Positions 38,208 through 60,266 of a DNA stretch of 64,000 nt are shown here, in pieces. This stretch comes from the human T2T-CHM13v2.0 reference genome, Homo sapiens. Position 1 is the first letter of the stretch; every line of letters begins with the position of its first letter. Where the stretch lies: the NCBI RefSeq assembly GCF_009914755.1, contig NC_060927.1; one strand, 5' to 3'. The notes below the pieces were generated by a model. That model was not told the DNA's origin. It searched no databases and saw only the letters and a list, made by a program, of their open reading frames with translations. The position numbers and the translations under genes were made by a program.

Positions 38208-40850
38208 CCATCTTATGATAGCCCCCAATGGATTAATGGATTAGGTACTAAGCATCAACAGCCGCTAACATTATAAAAAGAAGAAGCACCAGACATCAGG
38301 TGCCTCATGGGGAAAGAACCCACCAATTATCTGATGTCTTACTGTAGGGTTCAAACCTGAGTCTGATCACACCTGGGGATCCAGCTACCAACTTGCAGGA
38401 AATACAGAGGACAGAGAGAACAGATGAACTGCACCATGACAGGGCATTCAGCAAAATCCAGACTGCAGGAAAGTCTCCAGGCTAAATGTCCTAGATTCTT
38501 CAATAGATAAATCATTGTAGGAAAAACTAGGGGGTAAGGGGAAGCAACACAATGAAAGGGAAACCTGTAGAAGAGTCTTAAAAGACACAAATTTCCTTTA
38601 AATTAGCAAGATTAAACTTTGCATGTACACCTGGGTAATAATATTATAAAGAAATGCAAAGAAGTGTCTACTTTGAGAAGCAGGGTACTGGCTACTTTAG
38701 GGACAGAGAGGGGTGATGATTAGGATGTGGCACCTGGATGGGGCTGCTGGGGTAGGCAGAAAAATTCTAATTCTGGACCTGGGTAATGCTTACAGGTACG
38801 TTCACCTTAGGATAACTCAGTAAGCTGTACATTTGTGTTGTGTGATTTTCTGTATTTGTCTTATTTTACCAAAAAAAGATTTTTTTAAAAAAAAAGGAGA
38901 ATTTATCTCGCTTTTATAACCTGTCATAAATAGAATGCAACACTTAAAATAATTACATGAAAATAAACCATATTATTAACTAGCTGTGGTAGCCTGAGGA
39001 CACTTCCAAGGCCTCTTCTATGTTAAAAGGAGAGTAAAAGTGTAGTCAAGTACTAAGGATATGCTAGCACTCAAACTTGCAAGATTCAGGTCTTTCTTTC
39101 TAACTTAATCAAGTCTTGAAAGACACCTAAAAGGAAAGTGCTTTCTCACTATGTGATTCAGTGAGATTGGAGGCTTGCCAATCTACCACCCAAAATCATC
39201 TCCCCTACTGCTCAAATTTACCTCGTAGGCCAACTCACATCTTACTCTTCTGGAGACACTGGGTTACAAAAAAAAAAAGGTCTGGTGCAGTGAATGAAGG
39301 TAAGTCAGACCTTATGAGGAGGATGAAAAAACAAAAACTTAGCTCTCCCTGATCATTGACACATTTATGTTACTTGTTCAGCCCTTTCTAAATAAGCTTA
39401 AAAGGTTTGCTTTTCCATTATCAGCAGTTAAGCAAGTGACCAACACTACAACCCAGTGAGAGCTGCCTGTCCTCATCCTAGTCACAAGCACACACACTTT
39501 ACTATGTACTCAACAGGCACCTTCACAGCCTAGCAATGACCCACCTCTGTCTTCATACCTAATGTGTTTGGAGGTTCTCAAGTGACAAGAGGCCCTGTAT
39601 CTGAAAAGGCAAATTACAAAAATAAGCGCAAACGCCCACCCTCACCTGAACTCAGTATCTTAAAATAAGGCACATGTCCCAAGCTGCTGGCTAATCAACA
39701 CCAGCCTCAACTGACCTCAAAGCCCTTTAAAAAAAAAAGTAGGGCGGAGGGGAATATCAGATTACATATTAGACTTATAAACTTGTAAGGAGCAAAGAAA
39801 GCTGTGAAATTCGAATGGAGCTCAATCACATTTTTCAAACATTTATCTAAAACACATATTAAAAAGTGGCTCAATTCACCTATATATGATCTGAAAGCAA
39901 GTCTTGTTTTACCTCACCGTTTCCCCCACATTTTTCTATATTAAAGAGAAAGCAAACATAAGCCAGGACAGTTTCGTTTTTCTTGCACTGCACTGCTGCT
40001 CACGAGAGGACAGAGTGAGGCCCACCCACAGAGATGAAGCGCAGACAGGAGCTAAAAGGTAACTTGCATTAAAAAGGAAGATGAGGGCTGGATTCCTTCG
40101 TCTTCAATGCCTCTAGCTTCATCAGCCTCCCTGGAGTGGGCAGACCCCCGTTTCCTTCCCTCTCTCACCATCTCCTATCCCTTCTGCATTCTCTACCCTC
40201 TTTGTTTTGTGAACCCTCAACTTCCCAGCTTACCCTCACTCCTTCCCTTGTTCTTATATTTTCAAGAGACATGTAAGCAAGCAAATACTCCAACATACAC
40301 AAACCTGCTAAAATGTCTGGAACAAGAATCCCAAGTTCCACTCATCACAAAGCTGCTTGTGAAAATCTACTCCACCGTTTGTTTCCATGTCTGAGAAAAA
40401 CACACCTCATCTGCATTCCCTGGATCCTCCATATGGGAGGGTACACCCCTGCATGTAAAGAACCAGTTCACCACCTCCATTTTTCATGAACATTCAGAAC
40501 AAAGGGCTCCTTTCTTGAGTGCTACTCTGATCCCATGAATTCAAAAATGTTTAAGGAAGCTCTATCTCCACACCAGCACCTGAGGAGATGGAGACTTTTA
40601 GAATAGAATTTTAAAATGTTCTCATTGAGCCCTCCATTCTAGAAATGGCTATAAGTAAATGAAACTCGGAAGTGTCTGGAGCCTACTGAGCTCTACCTAG
40701 CAACACTGTGTGTTCCTTGGCACACAAGACAGAAACTCAAGGCAGACCCATCACTTCCTCAGATACCATCTTGTCCCATTTTCCTTAAGATAAGGTGTCC
40801 TGGTCCATGGGCCTATTATTTGGGGTCAATCCTCAGCAGGAGAATGGTTA

Positions 40851-41030
<180 letters not shown>

Positions 41031-41755
41031 CTATAAGGAAGGTAGGAAATAAAAATCCAGAAAAGGTTGTAGTAATGTGTTGCATGTGTGCCCTTTTCTC
41101 TCCACACTATTAAAGTGATTCCTCTTGTCCAATTGAACTTGAGTCTTTCTTATGACTTCCCAGAGGACTCAGAAATGACCTAAAAGTCTCTGGCTTCCTC
41201 TTAAATTAATGTCACTTACAGAGACCATTTTCGTTTAAGACTCACTTAGCTGATAAGAATGCAGACTGAACAAGATTAGCTTTTGAGAACGTGACTGTTC
41301 TTGAAGGAAATACATTTCCCCAAGTATCACAAATGACTCTGGGAAATAGTATTCTGTACGTGTGAGATTACATAATCAATCTTTGTCCTTTGTCCTGAAT
41401 CTAGCTAAACGAATTAAATAGCACTGTTTGCTCACATTCTGACACATTCTAGTTCCACTAAGGGGTCAAATGTGCTTATAAATCTCAACTGGCCAATTCA
41501 AGCATCAAATGGAAATCTGTATTTTAATGATTTTATTTAACATTAGTGTCTCAATTCTTCATCCACCTGATTATTTTTGTTGCATGTAACCCTATTCTGA
41601 AAATTAGGTCGTTTGTCCCTTGGTAACCATGACTCTCCTCCTACATTTGTCAGTGTTCTTATTCATCTCCTAAAATATGTGGGCTCTTGTTTCAGCCACT
41701 GAAACACTGCTGCTCCCCAGAGCTCTGCCCTTGGCTCTCTGCAATTCTACTACAC

Positions 41756-41946
41756 CAGTGGCTCTCAGGCTTTGTGCAGTTGAGATTATGTAATCAGCTG
41801 GTTAAAACTACATATTGCTGCTCCCCAACACCAGAGATTCTCATTCTGGGGGTCTAGGGTGAGGTCAAGGAGTCTGTGTGTGTAAATAGCACACAGCTAG
41901 TTGTTCTAATACAAGTAGTTCAAGAGATGCACTTTGAGATACACTG
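41756..41946. mobile_element. MER5-like hAT MITE
   Basis: cagtggctctca...ttgagatacactg inverted ends; cagagattctcattc..ggtctagggtgagg core. Confidence 0.65.
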
Positions 41947-42679
41947 ATCGATTCTTGTTGATGGACAACTTTCAATCTCATCAAATTAACTATAGCCAGT
42001 ACTCCAAATGACTCTCAAATCTCTACCTCTAGTGCTGTCCTGTTCTTACTAGATGAAATTAACTGAGTACTGGATCCTTATATTGCAGATCTTACAAGCA
42101 TCTCCAACTCCTTTTCCGGAGTGGAGGCTGCCATCTTTTCTTCACCCCTAATCTTCTTCCTGCATTCCCTTGTGACACTGCCATGACTAACTACCTAAGC
42201 CATTTAGTTATTCAACAAACATGTATCAAACACCTACCATGTGCTCAGTTTGGGGCTAAATTAGGGGATATAAGGTCAATATCAGATAGCCATGGCCCCT
42301 ATCCTTATTGTGCTTAAGTGTGGGAGCACAGAAAAAAATCAAGCCAAACAACGAATGGAAGACAATAATTATAACTTTACTACACCTTGTAAGGTAGAGT
42401 GTCATGAAAAACTTTCTTGAGAAAGTGACATTTAAGCTGAGATGACTCAAGAATGAGAAGGAGCCAACCATGCAGAAGGGGGATAAGCAAGAGGACTGCG
42501 AATTCCAAGCAGAGAGAAAATACGGGCCAAGTTCTTGAGGTGGGAAAGAATGTTGAGTTTTCAAGGAATAGAAACAAAACCAGCAGGGCTAGAACATAGT
42601 ATACAAGAGGAGCATGATATAAAGTAAAGCTGGAGAGATGGGAAAAGAGTGCCATTAAAAAAACAGAGCATTTTGTCCA

Positions 42680-43270
42680 AGGCAGTTCTTGGTCCTTTTT
42701 GAGCTCCTTGGCAGTATGGTGAAGCTTAAGAACCCCCTTCTCAGAATAAAATGTTTAAATGCATAAAATAAAATCAATAAAAAAATAAAATAAAATAAAT
42801 AGTATTATGAAGAAAAGTCATTATATCAAAATATTAATAAACAAACCAGTGCTATAGTATTAAATATGCTCTTCATTAATATATTAAATAAGATCTAGTG
42901 GCAGGTCTCATAATTATCATATTTCAAAGTGGGGATGAATGCAAACAATATTTCAAGATCTCTGCAACAACAAAAATATGATTAAAAATGTCTGTGATTT
43001 CTACTGGTAACAAAGTTAGAGGTACTGCTACTACTGCTGTGGTTTGCTGTTTGCATCATAATTGAAGAAAATACTACATTGTGGCTCGAGGGTAGTAAAT
43101 AACCAGATATATTAGGTTGCTGCAAAAGTAATCGCGGTCTTTGCCATTAAAAGTAATGACAAAAACCGTAATTACTTTTGTACCAACTTATAACTTTTCC
43201 CTATCCATGTTTTTAGATGCCCCAAATTCTGCTTATTCTATCTAATCTTCATGGAGAACCCTGGTTCTGT
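42680..43270. mobile_element. MER119-like hAT-Charlie element hosting a MADE1
   Basis: ggcagtatggtgaagc..ccccttctcagaataa..gtgatttctactggtaacaaagt..ggtactgcta matches the remembered consensus. Confidence 0.7.
43112..43190. mobile_element. MADE1 (Hsmar1 mariner-derived MITE)
   Basis: ttaggttgctgcaaaagtaatcgcggtctttgccatt-aaaagt-aatgacaaaaaccgtaattacttttgtaccaactta; palindromic, TA-flanked. Confidence 0.92.
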
Positions 43271-43377
43271 AGAAGTCTTCTAACTTAAGTAAACTATTGA
43301 GGAACCTGAGCTGAGAGTATCTCTGTGAAACCAAAAGGAAAAGGACTTCTGCTTATTACGAATGTGTACAAAAACGG

Positions 43378-43672
<295 letters not shown>

Positions 43673-44505
43673 CAAAAAAGGTTTCTAACCACTTTATATA
43701 TTTGAGAAAATTCCAAAGAAATGTGACAATGCAAAACCAAATCTGAAAGTTGTTTTACTTTAAACATTCACTCTCAAATTATTCATTTAATAATAATTTA
43801 CAAAAAGACATTTGGGGTCTTAAAAAAAAAAAAGAATAGGGACCCCACGAACTGAAGACAAGAGTAAAGGTTTTTCGTGAGAGAAAACTGGAAAGCATAT
43901 AAAATAAGTATATTTCAGAAACTGACATAAACATTCATAGACTAGAAAGCTTTCCTCTTCCTATTCCCATTTAGGAAAGCATCCACTATCAGAACCTTGC
44001 TTTGTGATTCAGTGACCACCAGATGATGTCTGGAACTGCTATAGCACAGCATGTGTGAGTTGTCAAGGTGTTGGAATAAAGACACGAAAATGAAAAGCTG
44101 CACTTCTGCATTTATCACTTAAAAAATATGAAATGCTTCTGGAAAAAAACAAACTGCAACTTACTGAGAAGAAAAGTGGTCTTACTTTACATGCCATCTG
44201 TTATCTCAAAAAGCCTTAGTGGACAGTGGTATTCTCTGACACATTAAGCATTAACACAATATAGCATAATAGTTATAGCACATGTTCTGAGGTCAAACTG
44301 GCCAGGCTGGAATCCCAGCTCTACCACCAACTAGCTGTGTGATGTGGGGCAAATAACTTTTCTTATCCTCAGTATGCCACCTGAAAAATAACCTGCCTCA
44401 TGGGGTTGCTGTGAGAAATTAAGATGAAATATATACAATAAAATGCTTCACACAGTTCTGCCACAGAATGCAGTAAAAATGGTCAGTCAATCTTAGCTGC
44501 TATTA

Positions 44506-44739
<234 letters not shown>

Positions 44740-45060
44740 CTACAATGAAAGGTGAAACACAGGAAGTCATGCATCACAGCCAAGGTGTACCTGTGTAGGG
44801 GTAAAGTTCCTAGCACCCAGGAAGCACGCAAGTTTGTAAATCTTCACCACAGTAATAACTGTAAAATTCGGAAAAATCTCTCTATACCCCAAAGAAGGTG
44901 AATCACGAGTCTCAAAAAGAAGTGAAAATTCTTTAAGAAGGTAATCTCCTTAATCAAACCACTACTTGATACAAATCTGTACCTGCACTGGAAACAGGTC
45001 TGGAATAACAGTCACCAAGCCGCTAACGGCTAGAATGCAGAGGTAGCGAGAATATCCCAC

Positions 45061-45652
<592 letters not shown>

Positions 45653-46019
45653 CCACTTTTTTCTTTATACATTTTTTATTCGCATATGCTTTTGTTTCTT
45701 TTGAATTATTTTTAAAAGCACATGTAAAAATGCAATCTATAATATCTTTAAATAACCACTGCATGAATTTTGGCCTCCAACAATCATGAAAAAGGCTTAC
45801 CTCACTAAAATAGAAAGTTTTAAAGTTTACTAAGGGGCTGTTTGTATAATTCCTTATAAAAACCCTAATTGCAACTACTTTGTTCCTATCTACCTTCCCA
45901 CATGAACTCTAAACTCCAAGAAGACAGCAATTGGGGCTGCCTTATTCACAGCTCTATTCCCAACACTGAGCACAGGATCTGAGGATGACACTGAAAATTT
46001 TCAGTTAAAAAATGCAGGT

Positions 46020-46785
46020 CCATGCTCAACATCATGAGTCATTAGGGAAATGCAAATCAAAACTATAATGAGGTTCCACTTCATGATCACTAGCATGGCT
46101 ATAACAAAAAAGACACAACAACAAGTGCTGATGAGGATGTGAAGAAATTGGAACCCTCACATATTGCTGGTAGGAATGTAAAATAGTTCAGCTGCTTTGG
46201 AAAACAGTCTGGCAGTTTCTCAAAAAGCTAAACGAAGAGTTATATGACCCTGCAGTTCTCCTAGGTATATACCCAAGAGAAATAAAAACATATGTCCATG
46301 TAAAAACTTGTACAAAAACATTCATAGCAGCATTATTCATAATAGCCAAAAAGCAGAAACAATCCAAATGTATATCAGCTGATGAATAAGTAAACAAAAT
46401 TTGGTATATCTATAAAATGGAATAATATTCAGACATAAATAAGTATTGGTTCATGCTACAACATGCGTGAACCTTGAAAATACTATATTAAGTGAAAGAA
46501 TCCAATCACAAAGGGCCACATATTGTATGAATCTATTCATATGAAATGTCCAGAATAGGCAAATCCAAAGAGACACAAAGTAGATTAGTGGTTGCCAGAG
46601 GCTAGGGGGAGGCAGGAATGGGGAATGATTGCTAATGGGCATAGAGTTTCTTCTTGAGATGATGAAGTATTCTGGAATTAGGCAGTGATAGTTGTAACAC
46701 CTCATAACTATATTAAAAACCACTGAATTGTACATGTTGAAAGAGTGTATTGCATTCTATATGAATTCTATCTCAACTTTTTTCA
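46020..46785 (+). mobile_element. L1MB-like 3' end
   Basis: cattagggaaatgcaaatcaaaac..ttcatagcagcattattcataatagccaaaaag..accactgaattgtac. Confidence 0.82.
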
Positions 46786-46949
46786 AAAACCACAGGCCTT
46801 CAACCATACCATCTGTCAGAAATACACTCTTTACAGACACAATGTCTTATTTTCAAATCATTTGAGTGAGCCAATTAATAGACTCCTCAGCAGCTTAGGA
46901 ATTGTCAAGTTCCTCATCTATAAACAAGGGTTCAATATCACAGAATAAA

Positions 46950-51355
<4,406 letters not shown>

Positions 51356-52607
51356 ACAAGGGCTCAAATTAGAAAGGGGAAAAAAAAGAAGTCAAGGAGA
51401 GATGGACTAGTTGGAAAAAAAGAGAGTCACTTAGCAATACGGGCAGAAGCATTAGAAAAATAACATCAGAAGAAACAGAAATTAGGAATCCACAGTCATT
51501 GATTCTACTTTCCATTTCTACTGGCTTTCCTTGCTGGTGGCTGCTTTGATTCTATGCGTGTACTTCCCAATAAAAATGGTGCTGTTTTCATTTATGATAA
51601 ATTAGTAATAAATGTGTTTTTATTTGTCTAATGTATTACTACTATCCCAAGAAATCAACCTTGACTACTCACATCCCCTACTCCCAATATTACACAGGCC
51701 ACCTAGTCTCACTAGATTTCCTAAATATGTATCTCTCTAATCTCTCCCTCTTTTCTACCCCCAGATAACTGCAGAACCCTTGTAATTGGTGTTCCTGTCT
51801 TCAGTCTCCTTTCACATCCCCACCTGCTTCCAAGTCATCTATCTTCCATTCAATAATTCATTCAACAAATATTTAAGCCCCTACTAATCCTTCTGAAAAT
51901 GTTAGTCTACTGTACCCAATGCAATTTTCCAACTGAAAAGGGCTGGAAACAATCTAAATGTCCATCAATAGCAGGCTCATTTTAAGTAAATTGTGGGCCT
52001 TCAATAAAATGGAAAATTAAGCAGCCATAGGAAAGAAAAAAGAAGAGGGGGATAAAAAAGGATGCTTTTGATATATTGATATGGAAAGATCTCACCATGA
52101 TGAGCTACAAGAACAAAGCAAGGTGCACAAATGCTAAGTATGGTATGCTGTCATTAGCGTGAAAGTAGGTTGAGGGATACAGGTACACTATTTTTGTATT
52201 TACTTATATTTGCAGAACATAGCTCTGAGGAAATATATAAGAAATGCATGCAGTGGTTGTCTGAGGGGAAAGTTACTGGGTAAATGAGAAATTGTTCACT
52301 ATATACTCTTCTATATGTTTTTAAATTTTTAAACCACGTAAATATACTACCTGTTTTAAAAAATAAAGTGTCAATCTGACCATACTACTTTCCTACTTAA
52401 AACTGTCAGGAATTCCTATCGCCTTTCAGAATAACATATATAAACATCAGAGCTCATCTCTCACACTCTCTCTTGCCCTGTCTTTCACCCGCATTTCCAT
52501 AAACCACTTTGTCTCTTGGTAAATATTGTCATGGTTCAAGGATCAGCTCCTCCAGGAGGCCTTTCCTGCCTGCATATCCCTCTAGCTCATGTGCCCTCAC
52601 ACACACA

Positions 52608-52965
52608 GTGTGTGTGTGTGTGTGTGTGTGTGAGAGTGTGTGTGTGTATATATATACATATATATATATATATATTTTTTAAGAGATGGAGTCCCACTCT
52701 GTCACCCCACGCTGGAGTGCAGAGGCGTGATCACAGCTCACAGCACCCTTGATCGTCTGGTCTCAAGCAACTCTCCCACCTCAGCCTCTACGCAGCTGGC
52801 ACTACAGGTGAACACCAACACACCCTGCTAATTTTTTTTTTTAGTAGACACGAGGTCTTGTTATGTTGCCCAGGCTAGTCTCCAACTTCTGAGTTCAAGT
52901 GATACTCCTGCTTCAGCCTCCCAAAGTGCTGGGCTTACAGGCATGAGCCACCGCATCCCACCCAA
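52608..52965 (-). mobile_element. AluJ with a (TG)n(TA)n microsatellite at its tail
   Basis: Microsatellite at about 52608-52674 followed by a diverged reverse Alu. Confidence 0.8.
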
Positions 52966-54066
52966 AGTATCTTAATTCTGTGTTTTCATCTTCCCTAGAA
53001 CCTAGGCTCTTTGAGGACCAGAAATGAATCTTTTATTTCTATATCCCCACTGCCTAGCATGGTGCATGGTCCACAGCAGACACAAAAATCTTTACCAATT
53101 GAATGAGGTCATGACTGTAATGAGGAATTTATCATTTGAATTATGCATAATTATAAAAATGCTATTTAATTTATAACAGTTCTAGACATGCATAACATGT
53201 CAACATCACAGTGAAACCTGTCTAACAGATGTAGGTCAAGGACCGAACTAGGTTGTCCATTATTCTCACTATACTCTAAGTGCTGGGACACAAGATAACC
53301 CAGTCCTAAAAGGAGAAATCAACATTTTAAGCAGCTCTACAAAGAAGTAGAAAAATTGAAGACATCAGACAAAAGTTTCAAGAGCAGTCTTAAAATGATT
53401 AAGAGGCTCTAATAAGAGATTTCATAAAAGACTTAAAGAAAAAGCTTTCCTGTGGCAAATACTTCCTGTTAGGAGAACAGTTGCTCATCCCTCAGCTCAA
53501 AGGACCACAGGAAGCTGTGCCCATTGTACCTAATGAACTTTTACAATTATCTAACTTTTCTCATCTTCTTCTCCCTCAAGGTGAGTACCAACAATGCTAA
53601 TGCAATCATGACTTCCATGTGAACTTCCGGCCGAGTTTTTTTTTTTTCCTTCTTTCATTAACCATCAGAGATAGCCAGTGCTGAATAAGCCAAGTTTCCA
53701 TTCTGGAGACTATAGATAAAAATAGCCTGGATCACTCTGAGTGGATCATAATTTCTCATTTATACTAATGAAATAAAGTTTTCTGTCCTACAAATGTCAA
53801 ATGTCATTCAAGTGAAAACCAGAGAACCAAGTGTCTCACTCTGTAGGATCCAAAGCCACATAAAAAGGACCATTTTAGTCAACTCTTCACTGAAGGTTCA
53901 AATTCAAACAATCCATATCTCCTCCAATCTGAAGGTGAGATAACCCCTTCCCTGCCACACCACAGCTTCTGCCACTGCCACTCAAGCCAGAAGCATAAGT
54001 GAAGTAAAGAATGACTCTATTATTCATTGGAATAACAGAACCATATGTGGGCTACACACTTAGGCC

Positions 54067-54550
54067 ATGTGCAGTGGGCACTGCTATTTTGGTCCATCCG
54101 GCACCCAATCCCTCTACTTCTTGTAAAATACTGAAGTTCCTTTCCAAAACCATTTCTTAAGCTTTCTAAGTGGCCCAGGGGTACTGGATGACTCTATCCT
54201 ACTTCCCAACCCCCACCAAGCCTGGCCAACCATAGCATTCTTTTGACCACGGAGATGTAATTAGGGATAGGCCCAAGACCCAATCAAAGTTCATCTTTGA
54301 ACTTTTGCTGGAGCTACCAGGAAAGAACTTTTTCTCTTCTAGTTATCTTATCAGTAGGAGAAGGGACATTACCTGACAATGGAGCCGACTATGCAGAAGA
54401 GCCAAGAGATAGCCAAAGAGAAAGGCCTTGGAGATGCTGCCTGAGGCCCTGTATCCAGGTGTGTCTGGGGCCATATTTACTCTTGAACTTCCCAACTAGG
54501 GGAGCTATAAATGTCCCTTCCAGTTTTTTCCTGCTTAAGCCAGTCTTGTC
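54067..54550 (+). mobile_element. Old MaLR LTR (MLT1K/L-like)
   Basis: ctggccaaccatagcatt..gacccaatca..gtatccaggtgtgtctggggcc..ctgcttaagccagt. Confidence 0.55.
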
Positions 54551-55217
54551 TTTTTTTCACTTGCTACCGTAAGATTTTTGTCTTGTACACAAAAATAGAA
54601 TCAGCTCATACGTAACTTTTTTGTGTAACTTCTCCTTTTCCTTCTTTCCTCTCCTCAACCTTAACATTAAAAGCTAAAGGCTCTTGTTCTGAGTCCCCTC
54701 TAATAAAAAATAAAATAAAATAAGCTAAAGGTTCATGAGAAAGCTGGGTGAATAAGAGAAGCATGCTCTCTGGATCTGTCCACAAACTCCTGCCTTATCT
54801 ATCTATACAGGGCTTATTTATCTATACCATTCTGTCACCCTCCTGCCTCTACAGACAGACACTAATCATAGATGAAATGACATTCAAAGTTTCTTGCAGT
54901 TCTGAGCTATATGATTCCTTTAAGCCTCAGTTGCCTCATCTGTAAAGTGGGAGATGATCTCTCTCACAGGATTCTTAGGAGGATGAATACAGCAAAAGAA
55001 TACTTTACAAATGTTTCTTGAAAAAGTATGTGACCTTCTCTATTCCCAAGGCAGTTTCTCAATACTGTATCCACCAAAAAAGGAAACACAGGTCATTCAA
55101 GAAATTATTACAGAATGCCTAAAATGTATAAGGCACGTGGGGGATATAGAGATTAAAACATCTAAAAATGCTTCCAATGTAGAATATCAGACAACTACAA
55201 AACTAGCACTACATTAG

Positions 55218-55559
<342 letters not shown>

Positions 55560-56399
55560 TCATCAAACAACAACAAAATAAGCTATGGGAACTGAGAGGA
55601 TAGAAAAACTACTTCTTTGTAGGAGGTGGAAAGGTTTCATGGAAGAGACGGCATTCGATTGTGCCTCATTGCCCAGGGAAGCATTACCAGTCAGAAACCT
55701 CCTCAGACAGGAAATCAAGACTGACTTTATCCATATGTACAGACATGCCACCTACAATCTTAGCATCCCATGATCCTAAATGCCTTTCAAATAACTCTTC
55801 TAAAAGATAAAAGCAGACTAAAACATTTTGCTTCCTTGTTACAAAATCATAACCCACGCAGAAAACTATTAGGATAATTTTCTCAATGAGAATCATATTT
55901 TTATAACCAGAGGGAATACACATTAAATTTTTAAACATCTATATTGTTTCCCAGACAATTCTAATCGCCATAACTTTCTAGTGAAACTGAAAATTTCTTG
56001 AGGGCAAAGCCCAGTGTTATTTCTCTGTGCCCCTCACCTTGCCACACACACTCATTGTATGAATACACAAAAACAAAAAAAGACTCATCTAAAAAGTGTT
56101 ACATTAAAAAGTGTGAACATGTCACTCCCAGATCTTAAATCACTTATGTTTCCCAGCACACACCACGCATTTCCACAATGTGCCATGTGTTGATACTATT
56201 CTCCTTCTTGGAATGTCCTTGAATCTGGAATTCCATTCCCAGCTCCGAAAAATATTTCCTCCAAGGCCTAGCTCAAATGTGGCCTTTTTTTTTTTGAGGC
56301 ACTACTCGACTTGTCCATGAAGAATTAATTCTTTCTTCCTCTCCAGGTACTCTGGACATATCCCTCCTATAGTATTCTCACTATAGAAAAATGATACTT

Positions 56400-56420
56400 A
56401 TGTGTGTGTCTGTGTGTGTT

Positions 56421-56451
<31 letters not shown>
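56400..56451. repeat. (TG)n(AG)n microsatellite
   Basis: Read directly. Confidence 0.9.
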
Positions 56452-57201
56452 AACACCTACCAGAGTGTAAATGCCATGTGGGTAGTGTATGGGTCTTTTT
56501 CTGTATGCCCAGCACATAGGATGAATCTTACATAACAAGTGTTATATAGTAATGTGCCAAATAAACATTTGTTTAATTAAACCAAATAAACAGAAAACAA
56601 AGAGGGGAAAAAAGGCAGAAACACCACTATGCTCATTTACTTCTCCTGAAATATTGGAGTTCCTGAATTTAGAATAAATGGTAAAGTGTCAGAATTAGAC
56701 CAAAGTCATCTGCACATGAACTAAAACATTTGAAACCAAGGAAAATAGAGAGATTAAGAACAGCCTCCTATGACGTCATTGTCTTGATAACAAGACTGCT
56801 TCAGTTTCAGTCATTAAGTTCAGCCCTTGAAGGCTTGAAGGTATATTCTCATCAACCACTAATTTGTTAATAAATTGAGATGCCCCTAAGCATTGTAGAA
56901 AGCAGACTATAAGAACTGGCCAAAGATGGCCCATATAGCATCCAGTCAAGACACAAAACCACTCTATAGGGATGAAAAATGTACATCTTGTAAATGTAAT
57001 CCAAAAGATTCTAACATCCACATCCCATTCTGGAACCCAGAGGAAAATAGAATGTTTAAAAATGAAAAATGTTCAATGCTTGCCAGAGGAATCTAGATAA
57101 AATTTTGAGACAGACCAATGTATATATGCAAATGAGATGGCTGCCCTATTAAAAAATAGATAAACAGATGTAAGGATTTCTCCTTAGAAAGAGGGACAGA
57201 C

Positions 57202-57515
<314 letters not shown>

Positions 57516-58022
57516 AGAGATTGATTATCAATTACCAGGCAAGTTAGAGAGGAATTAATATCAAGTATGGCCAATACACACTAAAACAGTAATCAGGAGT
57601 CTTCAACACACAAAAGATAAACAGTACTGCAGGACACGCTCTAAGGGTAACAGGAAAAAAAGTAAAGGCCAAAAATTATACAGGATGGAAAAACAATGAG
57701 AAGCCCAGGTATCAACCTCCTACACTCTACACCTGAGAGACTAAATCATGGTCCTGACCCCATCACCCTCACAGTCCAGTTGGGGAGAGACATCAGCAGA
57801 AAAACATCTTTAATAATTGTTATGTCAGAATAAACACATAACTACTGAGGCAGGATACGGAAATATTGAAGGGGAGAGAAAGAGGAGATCAGGTAAAACC
57901 TACTGTGGATGTTACCTCTCACCTAAGTCCTAAATATTGGTCAGGATTAACCCAAAGGAAAGAAAAATGGAATGGGAAAAGGATAGTGTCTGCTAAGTAA
58001 ACAAGAAGGAGCACTAGTTTAG

Positions 58023-58446
<424 letters not shown>

Positions 58447-58923
58447 TAACACATACAGGCGCTAAGCAAGACAGATAAATAATAGCAATAAAACAACTAC
58501 AGTTTGCTTAGCCCTTCCTAAGTGCTAAAGTGCTAAGAATAGCAGGATAAACAATTCAAGCCCTTGTCCTCAAGCAGAGTGTACTCGAGGAGACTACAGA
58601 TAAGTATACAACAACCCTGGTGAAGATACTGAGACCCAGGATCCTAATTTATTCCGTTAATAAGAGAGGAAATGGTGATTTAAACCATAATTTGATTGCC
58701 TTAAAATTATGAGATCCTCATTAAGAGAACAGGTTGGAGGGAGAAAGAAATAGGGGGTAAAGAAGTAACAATAACCCTCAAACCAAACTCCCTAATGGTC
58801 AATTAAATGGAGTCTTCCGGTGAGGCACGGAGAAGGAACTCCTCATACGGGAACAGCAGGTGCTCGATTTGGGGTGTGGTTATAACCTTTACTTCCCTTC
58901 CTACTAGTGCCTTGCTTTGCCTA

Positions 58924-59292
<369 letters not shown>

Positions 59293-59587
59293 TGAGCCCT
59301 CCTTAAAGGGGCAGAATTTTGAGCTGACTTACGAAGTGACCAGGAGAGTTGCTCTTCACCTTTCTTCAGGTACTTCTTTGGCGCTGCTGCTTGCCTGTGC
59401 TAACGTCAAAACGCAGCAAAACACAAAACTCCACAAAACTCAAGGCCTTCCACAGACCGTGCACCCCTTTATGATTTCTTGGTTGAAAAATAACAGTCAA
59501 ATTTGCTGGGCATTTGGTAAGTGCCAGAGTACTATGCTAAGCACTTCACTTTTTAAAATCTCATTTAATCCTCACAAAGACCCAGTA

Positions 59588-59840
59588 ATGGCGCGCTTGT
59601 AGTCCCAGCTAGTCGGGAGGCCAAGGCAGGAGAATCGTTTGAACCTGGGAGGCGGAGGTTTCAGTGAGCCCAGATCCCGCCACTGCACTCCAGCCTCGGC
59701 GACAGAGCAAGACTCCGTCTCAAAAAAAAAAGAGAAATACAATACGGAATCAGAATCCGTGGGGACTGGACACAGCAATCCAGGGTTTCACAAGCTCTCC
59801 AGATGATTCTAATCCACACTTAAGTTTAAGAACCACTGTT
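59588..59840 (+). mobile_element. Alu right monomer (59588-59735) followed by a MER5A fragment
   Basis: Alu right arm and A-tail, then gaatcagaatc..acaagctctccagatgattctaat..aagtttaagaaccactg. Confidence 0.75.
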
Positions 59841-59925
59841 CTACAGTTCCGTAATCGAACAAAATGCAAAACCAAAACAAAAAGAAGATGAAGGAGAAAC
59901 TTACAGATTAAAAAACAACATAGCA

Positions 59926-60266
<341 letters not shown>

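Noticed and set aside
59300-59312. TTTAA about 30 nt upstream of the CLEAR pair's centre as a TATA box
   Set aside because: Poor match to TATAWAW in a CpG-island promoter, and the TSS is unknown from sequence alone.
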